Below, piece after piece: positions 27,544 through 34,636 of a stretch of 64,000 bases of DNA (its first letter is position 1; every line of letters begins with the position of its first letter). Made by a program: the position numbers and the translations under genes. The notes under the pieces are model-generated. The model was not told where the DNA came from and ran no database searches. It was given only the letters and a program-made list of their open reading frames with translations. This stretch comes from a virus, in the IMG/VR virus record IMGVR_UViG_3300036770_008166, positions 1 to 64,000 of that record. The stretch is one strand, 5' to 3'.

Positions 27544-27626
27544 GGATGACGGGCGGCATTGGCGACCGCAGGTGACTGTAAATCACTGCCTTCGGGAACG
27601 GGGTTCGATTCCCTGGTCATCCACCA
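27544..27626 (+). tRNA. tRNA-Tyr(GTA)
   Basis: GGATGAC/GTCATCC, loop CTGTAAA, long variable arm, TTCGA, CCA. Confidence 0.9.
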
Positions 27627-27632
27627 AGTTTT

Positions 27633-27659
27633 GCACAGTTCGGCTATTGGTTAGGACAT
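27633..27659 (+). pseudogene. 5' fragment of a tRNA (Glu-like) truncated before the endonuclease gene
   Basis: GCACAGT-TC-GGCTATTGGTTAGGAC-AT reads as acceptor 5' strand plus D-arm, then an abrupt shift to AT-rich sequence. Confidence 0.5.
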
Positions 27660-27699
27660 GTAAATCATTATTTTTTGACAAGTTCGAATAAATACGATT

Positions 27700-28473
27700 A
27701 TGAACACTTGTCCTAAATGTAATGTAAACCACACAAAGCCTGGAAAATTTTGTTCTCGTTCTTGTGCTAATAGCAGAGGTCCCAGAACTGAAGAATTCAA
27801 ACAGAGCGTAAGTAAAAAATTATTTGGCAGGAAAGGTATCTCGAATGTAAACAAAGGGCTATACCTGGTAGAAAGAATCACCACTAAATGTTTACAATGT
27901 AAAATCGAATTTTTCACAAAGATTACAAAACCAACAAAATATTGTTCGAATGATTGTTGGAGACAACAATCCGGAGGATATAGGCCAGGGTCAGGAAGAA
28001 GTAAATCGGGATACTACAAAGGTATCTATTGCGGTTCTTCATATGAACTTTGTTGGGTGATTTACAACATTGATCACGGAATTAAATTTAAAAGATTCCC
28101 AGGAGTAATAGAAAACGCCGAATTAAAGTATTATCCTGATTTCATTCTCGATGATCGCAAAACCATTGTTGAGATAAAAGGGTTTGAGGATAAGCAGTCG
28201 GTTGATAAAAAAACAAAACTAGCAGAAAGTGTTGGATACATTGTTAATGTCTATCGTAAAGACGACTTGAAATATGCTTTCGATTATGTCAAAAAAGCAT
28301 ACAATACGACAAGGTATCATACATTATATGATCAATACAGTCCGTCGTATCATTACACATGCAATCATTGCTCTACCGAATTCAGTAGAGATAAAAAATT
28401 GAAAACCGATGTAGTTTTTTGTTCTCGGCAATGTGCAGGAAAAGGTCATAGAGGTAAAAAGTTGTCCCTATAG
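27700..28473 (+). mobile_element. free-standing putative homing endonuclease (Zn-ribbon repeats plus PD-(D/E)xK)
   Basis: CPKC..KFCSRSC, CLQC..YCSNDC, SSYEL..YYPDF..VEIKG and CNHC..FCSRQC. Visibly AT-rich; lies inside the tRNA array. Confidence 0.7.
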
Positions 28474-28540
28474 ATTACGCTGGTTAGATCACTTCCCTTT
28501 CAAGGAAGCGGACCGGGATCGTCACCCGGTGGGGACGCCA
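28464..28540 (+). tRNA. tRNA-Glu(TTC)
   Basis: GTCCCTA/TGGGGAC, CTTCC-CTTTCAA-GGAAG, atypical T-loop ATCGTCA, CCA. Confidence 0.85.
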
Positions 28541-28640
28541 TAAAACAAGTCCTAGCGACAGTGCTCAACGGGCGCGCAAGCCGACCGATCTGGCTAGGCC
28601 AAGCGGGACCAGCAACCTCCCGCTTGATGACAATGAGTTT

Positions 28641-28715
28641 GGTCCGTTAGTTAAACGGTTATAATTCTGGCTTGTCACGCCAGGGTCAGGAGTTCGACTC
28701 TCCTACGGACCGCCA
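28641..28715 (+). tRNA. tRNA-Asp(GTC)
   Basis: GGTCCGT/ACGGACC, CTGGC-TTGTCAC-GCCAG, CCA. Confidence 0.9.
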
Positions 28716-28721
28716 GTCCAT

Positions 28722-28797
28722 GTATCGGTAGTGTCAACGGTTAGCACGGCAGCCTCCAAATCTGCTTGTGAGGGTTCGAATCCTTCCCGGTACGCCA
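28722..28797 (+). tRNA. tRNA-Trp(CCA)
   Basis: GTATCGG/CCGGTAC, loop CTCCAAA, TTCGAA, CCA. Confidence 0.9.
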
Positions 28798-28813
28798 AAC
28801 GATCCAATCTTTG

Positions 28814-28888
28814 GCCGGTGTAGCACAGTGGCAATGCGCTCGCCTTGTAAGCGAGATATCGGGAGTTCGATTCTCTCCACCGGCACCA
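28814..28888 (+). tRNA. tRNA-Thr(TGT)
   Basis: GCCGGTG/CACCGGC, CTCGC-CTTGTAA-GCGAG, CCA. Confidence 0.9.
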
Positions 28889-28893
28889 AACAT

Positions 28894-28967
28894 CTCGGCG
28901 TGGCCGATCGTCCAGGCACGGGTCTGCAAAACCCGCTAGGCAGGTTAGACTCCTGCCGCCGAGTCCA
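28894..28967 (+). tRNA. tRNA-Cys(GCA)
   Basis: CTCGGCG/CGCCGAG, CGGGT-CTGCAAA-ACCCG, U73, CCA. Confidence 0.9.
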
Positions 28968-29020
28968 CTTATCAGGCAATGCCCACCGGCCTTGTAAGCC
29001 AGCCTCTTGCCTGACACCCA

Positions 29021-29094
29021 GCGGCGGTAGTATAATGGTATTATGACAGCCTTCCAAGCTGATGACGCGGGTTCGATTCCCGCTCGCCGCTCCA
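29021..29094 (+). tRNA. tRNA-Gly(TCC)
   Basis: GCGGCGG/TCGCCGC, CAGC-CTTCCAA-GCTG, U73, CCA. Confidence 0.9.
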
Positions 29095-29116
29095 CTTATT
29101 TCAAAGGAGATTGATC

Positions 29117-29164
29117 ATGTCTGTAGAAGAATACTGGCAATGGATCCGTGATAATGTACAATGA
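29117..29164 (+). CDS. 15-aa micro-ORF MSVEEYWQWIRDNVQ
   Basis: Strong AAAGGAGA RBS directly after tRNA-Gly. Confidence 0.35.
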   Translation: MSVEEYWQWIRDNVQ

Positions 29165-29195
29165 ACTTAATTCAGGTTAATTACTAAGAAAGGAT

Positions 29196-29804
29196 ATGAC
29201 TATGCCAGCTGTATTTCTAGTATCAGACACACATTTCGGTCACAGCGGTGTCTGTAGATTCACCCGCGACGACGGTACCAAGCTGCGTCCTTGGACCGAT
29301 CCTGACGAGATGGATGAACATCTGGTGCGTGTGTGGAACGAGCGTGTGCGGCCACAGGACAAAGTGTATCACCTTGGAGACGTTGTGATCAATCGTAAAG
29401 CCCTGCGAACTCTGTCTAGGCTCAACGGAGACAAGGTCTTGATTCGCGGTAATCATGACATCTTTCGGGACGATGAGTATCGCGAATACTTCCGTGAACT
29501 GAGAGCTTATCATGTCATGAACGGCATGATACTCAGCCATATTCCTGTGCATGAAGCCAGCCTGGGTCGCTTTGGTGTTAACATCCACGGACACCTGCAC
29601 TATCAGCGCGTGCGGCGTGCCCGTGGGGTCAATTCCCGGACTGGAGAGATCTTATATTCAGATGACATCGATACGCGCTATCATTGTGTGTGCGTGGAAC
29701 AGACTCCGGATTTTGCGCCGATCTTGTTTGAAGATGCGATCCGGAGGATCAAGGCCGAAGGCGGCACAGTGGGATTTCGCAACGGCAATGGTCCGGTGAT
29801 GTAG
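29196..29804 (+). CDS. calcineurin-like metallophosphoesterase
   Basis: SDTHFGH, HLGD, GNHD, LSHIP and HGHLH. Confidence 0.9.
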   Translation: MTMPAVFLVSDTHFGHSGVCRFTRDDGTKLRPWTDPDEMDEHLVRVWNERVRPQDKVYHLGDVVINRKALRTLSRLNGDKVLIRGNHDIFRDDEYREYFRELRAYHVMNGMILSHIPVHEASLGRFGVNIHGHLHYQRVRRARGVNSRTGEILYSDDIDTRYHCVCVEQTPDFAPILFEDAIRRIKAEGGTVGFRNGNGPVM

Positions 29805-29892
29805 TGCAACAGCAGCGATCCAAACCACAGAACGCAAGGTTTCCGCCCACTCTAATCGGGAGTCGAATTATTACTGGCCAGGCCAAACACAG

Positions 29893-29921
29893 TTGACAAT
29901 ACGATCAACCTGTGTCATAAT
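29893..29921 (+). promoter_or_regulatory. sigma70-type promoter for rpoZ
   Basis: TTGACA-N17-CATAAT. Confidence 0.65.
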
Positions 29922-29948
29922 GTTTATCTGACATGATAGGAGCGATTA

Positions 29949-30200
29949 ATGGCAAGGATTTCTAGCGAACTGGCAGCACGAGCAGTAGGCAGCAAGTATG
30001 ATCTTATCTTGATTGGCGCAAGACGCGCACGCGAACTGAACCGTGGTTGGCGACCCACAGTGACCTGTGACAATGGTGCTGTGGTAACGGCCCTGCGCGA
30101 GATCGAAGCCGGCCATATCGGCCGGGATTATCTGTTGAAACCTCTCAATCTCGATCGGCGAGAACGACCTCCCGCCGATGCTCATCATGGTAGACTATAG
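29949..30200 (+). CDS. rpoZ: RNA polymerase omega subunit homolog
   Basis: MARISSE.A...VGSKYDLILIGARRAREL..G...VTALREIEAG. Confidence 0.85.
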   Translation: MARISSELAARAVGSKYDLILIGARRARELNRGWRPTVTCDNGAVVTALREIEAGHIGRDYLLKPLNLDRRERPPADAHHGRL

Positions 30201-30210
30201 GAGAACCAAT

Positions 30211-30609
30211 TTGGAATTTTTACCTGTACTAGAACTGATCGATAGACTTTGTATTGCCAGGGTCAAACACAAACGTACCAATGGCGCCAACCAAGTTGAA
30301 TTAGATTGGTATGAGGATAAGTTCCGCCAGCTAACACAAAGTGCCGAACTTGATTACAATGTAGATGCCATGACTGCGATCCACAATGCCATATGGGAAC
30401 TGGAATGGCAACTCAAAACTGGTGTGGAGCAACAGTTGTCTTTGGAAGAAATCGGACGCAGAGCCATCCGCATCCGAGACTACAACAACAAACGCATCAG
30501 TTTCAAAAACTCTATCGCCAGTCTCTTAGGTCATCCTGTGAGAGAATTTAAACACGATCATCTCAGCGAGGACACCATGGTCCGAACTGTTCACGATCGG
30601 AACAAATAG
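30211..30609 (+). CDS. hypothetical protein (DUF4254/DUF6165-like)
   Basis: ELIDRLCIARVK...IWELE...NNKR...KNSI. Probable TTG start after AGGAGA. Confidence 0.55.
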   Translation: MEFLPVLELIDRLCIARVKHKRTNGANQVELDWYEDKFRQLTQSAELDYNVDAMTAIHNAIWELEWQLKTGVEQQLSLEEIGRRAIRIRDYNNKRISFKNSIASLLGHPVREFKHDHLSEDTMVRTVHDRNK

Positions 30610-30831
30610 GATCCATGGTCAAGCCCGTGAGAGAAAGCAGGCTTGCCACCGTCCCAACTGTGAGGGAATGTTTACCACCCTGGGCTCTGCTGTATCCGTA
30701 ATACGGAGGTGCTCCGTGGCTGGAGATGAACATGCCGCAGGGGATGTCAAGGCTGAGTTGGTAGCTCAGCAAAGGCTGGTTGAGCCAGCGTTGGCATCTT
30801 AAACACAGCACAGTGGGCTTGACCATGGATC
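30610..30831 (+). ncRNA. candidate structured RNA closed by a 17-bp perfect inverted repeat
   Basis: GATCCATGGTCAAGCCC...GGGCTTGACCATGGATC with internal multibranch helices. Confidence 0.55.
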
Positions 30832-31006
30832 AAGAGCAATGCTTGTAGTCAGACAGGTAGGACGCAGACAATGCATCATCTCGCCTGGGCCTCTTGTTCC
30901 CATGATATATAATCAACATGGATCCACAGCGATGTTAGGGTCTGCAAAGCCCGCGATGCATTAGAAGCATCGGCCTCTCGCTGCCATGACAACTCAGGAG
31001 ATAGCA

Positions 31007-31168
31007 ATGAGCATCAAAGGATTGAAAGAAGCCCTGGCCCGGAAACAGGCACAGCAACTGCCAGACGGCACTGTGAAAGACAGTGCAGGAACCAAAGTCA
31101 CGCCTACCGCACCTGTGCGAGTGGGCGGTAGCAAACCCCAGAAAAAAGCCGCTGGTCGAGGACGTTGA
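31007..31168 (+). CDS. small basic protein
   Basis: AGGAG RBS; K/R-rich, ends KKAAGRGR. Confidence 0.55.
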   Translation: MSIKGLKEALARKQAQQLPDGTVKDSAGTKVTPTAPVRVGGSKPQKKAAGRGR

Positions 31169-31248
31169 TAGATGCAAAAAAGAAAGCATGATACATTGCG
31201 TATCTATCTTGTATCATCCGCAATCAGTCTTTAACACCAATTCATCAA

Positions 31249-32136
31249 ATGCACAAGACAGCATCGTTATCAAGTATTACTAACAGATGGCAAGAATTTT
31301 ACAAAGCGATCCGCGACCCAAGCTGGCCAGAGTGTTATAATGAACATCATTTTCATCAACTGCCCTACCGAATACAACAAGAAATCATCAATGATCATAA
31401 TGGAATGTCATTCGTATCATTGCAGGCTGCTGACATCGAATACATAAACACCAACTTGCAGTCAGAAAGTTTTAATGCCTATGCCAACATTGAATTCAAC
31501 CCAGATCAACAATTTCGTATCACGGACGATTTTGTGGTGTATTATACTCAATGTTTGGAAGGCGATGGAACCACCAACGGACAAGATTTCCCCAATGTGA
31601 TCAGACACTTTTATCCACAACGTAAATTCCAACATTGTCTAGACTGGTGTTCTGGGGCAGGATTCATAGGTTTTCGCTTACTATCAGATGGCATATGCGA
31701 TCGGCTTACACTGCAGGATTGCCATCAACCAGCGATAGATGCCTGTAAGTACACGATGCAAAGAATGCCGGCCGAATATCAACAAAAAACACAGGCAATC
31801 TGCAGCGCAGATCTATCTTATCTCGACGACACCATGGTATTCGATCTGGTGGTCGGTAATCCCCCGCCCCTCTTTTACCAGCCAGAGTTCGCATCATGGT
31901 TTGATCCTAATTACGCTAGAATTTTGATAGATCCTGGATGGCGGGCCCATCATGATTTTCTGGCTAACATAGCCCATAATCTCGCACCTGATGGTGTGAT
32001 CTTGCTGAAAAATTTTCAGCAAGTATCAATCAAACAGTATGAACCTCTGTTGGCAAAAAATGGTTTGACTGTCACGCGTGCATTCAAAGAAGTTTTTAGC
32101 CCGTCCTTGTGGTATCTTGAACTAGGTCGGATCTAA
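31249..32136 (+). CDS. class I SAM-dependent methyltransferase
   Basis: LDWCSGAGFIG and FDLVVGNPP. Confidence 0.8.
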   Translation: MHKTASLSSITNRWQEFYKAIRDPSWPECYNEHHFHQLPYRIQQEIINDHNGMSFVSLQAADIEYINTNLQSESFNAYANIEFNPDQQFRITDDFVVYYTQCLEGDGTTNGQDFPNVIRHFYPQRKFQHCLDWCSGAGFIGFRLLSDGICDRLTLQDCHQPAIDACKYTMQRMPAEYQQKTQAICSADLSYLDDTMVFDLVVGNPPPLFYQPEFASWFDPNYARILIDPGWRAHHDFLANIAHNLAPDGVILLKNFQQVSIKQYEPLLAKNGLTVTRAFKEVFSPSLWYLELGRI

Positions 32137-32648
32137 TGCTGCGTATGGCGAGGATCGACGTCGTGACAGAACACTGCGTGATTGATGTCATCATCGACAA
32201 TGCACTGTATCACAATCAGGTGGTGTCGTCTGGCATGAACAGTGTACAAATCCAATTGCCCACTCTCACTGCAACTTTCTGCCGCATGCAAATCAATTGT
32301 TCAGAGGGGAGTTGCCAGATTGGTAAAGTTCAGTTCAATCATAGTTGGACAATGAACACTGTGTTTGCTCAACTTCATCCGTCTCTATATGACTTGATCT
32401 TGGATAACGATTTTGATATCAGTAGATTGACCGCAGCCGAGCTGGACTTGGTTGAACGATACGGTATGTTCATGTGCTCTGGCCATAATGATTATCAAGG
32501 ATGGTCTGAGTTCAGATTAAATGTTTGTATCGACGGTCAGTCACAACCTTTGCGGGATATAAATGATAATTCACATCATTACGCACTGAATCAAGGCCAG
32601 AGCATGACGTTCGATCTAACTGTGCCAAGGGCGGCATGCTCGATCTAG
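32136..32648 (+). CDS. hypothetical protein
   Basis: Coupled 170-aa ORF. Confidence 0.6.
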   Translation: MLRMARIDVVTEHCVIDVIIDNALYHNQVVSSGMNSVQIQLPTLTATFCRMQINCSEGSCQIGKVQFNHSWTMNTVFAQLHPSLYDLILDNDFDISRLTAAELDLVERYGMFMCSGHNDYQGWSEFRLNVCIDGQSQPLRDINDNSHHYALNQGQSMTFDLTVPRAACSI

Positions 32649-33385
32649 ATTCCAGGTTCGCTCATTTTGTGCGCGGCAAAATGCAGAATCCACACTTGCA
32701 ATACGCGCAGATAGCGCAGAGTGCTTGCAAATGGGCCTACAGCGATCGGTTGCGTATCAAGACGCAACTGATAGATAATATTGAGCTCATCAAGAATCGA
32801 AGAGTATTAGATTTAGGTTGCCATGATGGAATTCTAAGTGAAGCCATGGATCAATTGGGAGCTAGGTCGGTGATAGCTACCAATGTAAGACAAGACATGA
32901 TTGATCTGGTAAATCAATGTCTCAAAGAACTTCCGGTACCCACACTGGTCACAGTGATCAAACACGACCTGTATGATCTAGACACATTGGACCTGTTGCT
33001 GGAACAAAGCGACACTATACATTTCTCTGGCACAGTCATGCATCTCAATCATCATTATCAGCTTTTTTATCATCTGTGTAATAATCGACCAGATCACATG
33101 ATTTTGGACTCTATCTATTATGATCAATCATGGCATCATGCCACGCCTTTACAGACATGGCGTCTTGAATCTATGGAAGATGTGCTCTTCGGACATGACC
33201 AAAAATCGCAAACAACTGATGGCAAAATCTTTGTAGGCACGCCTAATCTTTGCTGGTATCGACAGATGTTAGACATGTTCGGGTGGCAATTGGTCGAGCA
33301 TCATGACCTCGCTTATGTCCACTTTGAAGAAAAGCTGCGCCGGAGATCTGTGATGGTATGTCAAAGACGTAAGAAATCGCCATGA
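32636..33385 (+). CDS. class I SAM-dependent methyltransferase
   Basis: RVLDLGCHDG...GARSV...G.VMHL. Confidence 0.75.
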   Translation: MLDLDSRFAHFVRGKMQNPHLQYAQIAQSACKWAYSDRLRIKTQLIDNIELIKNRRVLDLGCHDGILSEAMDQLGARSVIATNVRQDMIDLVNQCLKELPVPTLVTVIKHDLYDLDTLDLLLEQSDTIHFSGTVMHLNHHYQLFYHLCNNRPDHMILDSIYYDQSWHHATPLQTWRLESMEDVLFGHDQKSQTTDGKIFVGTPNLCWYRQMLDMFGWQLVEHHDLAYVHFEEKLRRRSVMVCQRRKKSP

Positions 33386-34626
33386 GCAAAATTAATCGTA
33401 TCACCTTTGCCAGCGCATTTGGAACGCTGTTTGAATGGTATGATTTTTTGATCTATGGTATTGCGGCTGCACTGGTTTTCAACACCCTGTTTTTTCCACA
33501 GGTAGATCCAATCACCGGAATGTTAGCATCATTGCTGACATTTTCAGTGGGATTTATTGCTCGACCAGTAGGAGGTATCTTGTTTGGGCATTTGGGAGAT
33601 CGCATCGGCCGGAAAAAAACCCTGATGTTAACGATGTTAATCATGGGCATGGCCACATTTGGCATTGGGATTTTGCCCACATATCAAAGTATCGGAGTAT
33701 GGGCGGCGGTGTTGCTGGTAGTGTTGCGATTACTGCAAGGACTAGCATTTGGTGGCGAATGGTCTGGAGCCAGTGTCATGATTCTCGAGCATGCTCCGCT
33801 GCGCCGTCGGGGGTTTTATACCAGTTTTATACAAATGGGTTATCCATTGGGGTTGCTGTGTGCCACTGGAATATATGCCTTGATCACTAGGCTTCCAGAA
33901 CAAGAATTTTTAGAATGGGGTTGGCGCATTCCGTTTATATTGAGCATGCTATTGGTGGCCATTGGAATCTGGGTGCGCTGGGGACTGGATGAAACTCCGG
34001 CCTTCCAAGAATTGTCATCTACTGGTGCCATTTCCAAAACGCCATTGTTAGACGTATTGCAACAGCCCAAAGATCTATTGATTGCAATGGGACTCAAAAT
34101 AACCGAAGTCTCTTGGGCGTATCTATTGACAGTGTTCGCCGTGGTGTACGCTGTCAACAATTTATCAATAGCTCGCAGCGATATGATGCATGCCATATTG
34201 ATAGCCAGCGTTATCAATGTCATTGCTATTCCGGTGTTTGGATGGTTGAGTGACGTGGTAGGCCGTAGACAAATCTATATCATGGGATCGATCATCACTG
34301 TGATAATAGCCTTTCCAGTCTGGCAGGCATTGTCCAGTGGACACTTGTTGGAAGCAATGATAGCGGGACTGGTTCTAGGCAATGCTTTGATGATGGCACC
34401 ATTGGCTGCATACCTTCCAGAGTTATTTCCGGCCAGCACGAGATATACCGGTAGTGGTATAGGATGTCAGATGGCAGCAGCCTTGGGTGGCGGAATCTTG
34501 CCAGTCGCTGCCACTGCTTTGGCCACTACCTATGGAATATCAACAGTGAGTATACTGATGATTGTGCTTGGATTGATCACTCTGTATTCGGCGTATCATG
34601 CGCCGAGGCAGATAGACAAATCTTAA
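33382..34626 (+). CDS. MFS transporter, metabolite:H+ symporter (ShiA/ProP-like)
   Basis: EWYDF, ARPVGG..FGHLGDRIGRK, RLLQGLAFGGEW, GWRIPF and ETPAF. Confidence 0.9.
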   Translation: MSKINRITFASAFGTLFEWYDFLIYGIAAALVFNTLFFPQVDPITGMLASLLTFSVGFIARPVGGILFGHLGDRIGRKKTLMLTMLIMGMATFGIGILPTYQSIGVWAAVLLVVLRLLQGLAFGGEWSGASVMILEHAPLRRRGFYTSFIQMGYPLGLLCATGIYALITRLPEQEFLEWGWRIPFILSMLLVAIGIWVRWGLDETPAFQELSSTGAISKTPLLDVLQQPKDLLIAMGLKITEVSWAYLLTVFAVVYAVNNLSIARSDMMHAILIASVINVIAIPVFGWLSDVVGRRQIYIMGSIITVIIAFPVWQALSSGHLLEAMIAGLVLGNALMMAPLAAYLPELFPASTRYTGSGIGCQMAAALGGGILPVAATALATTYGISTVSILMIVLGLITLYSAYHAPRQIDKS

Positions 34627-34636
34627 ATCACCACTG

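Noticed and set aside
27027-27691. ORF-track ORFs across the tRNA leader (and 28703-29095)
   Set aside because: They overlap tRNAs and structured RNA, lack RBSs and have no protein-like motifs.
29850-29875. Possible amber-suppressor anticodon loop (CTCTAAT)
   Set aside because: No acceptor stem, T-arm or CCA. Genes read normally in the standard code with TAG stops, so there is no sign of recoding.
30610-30831. Functional retron, RNase P or 6S RNA
   Set aside because: No reverse transcriptase nearby, the RNase P GAGGAAAGUCC core is not matched, and the fold is branched rather than a 6S-like rod. Kept only as an unknown RNA.
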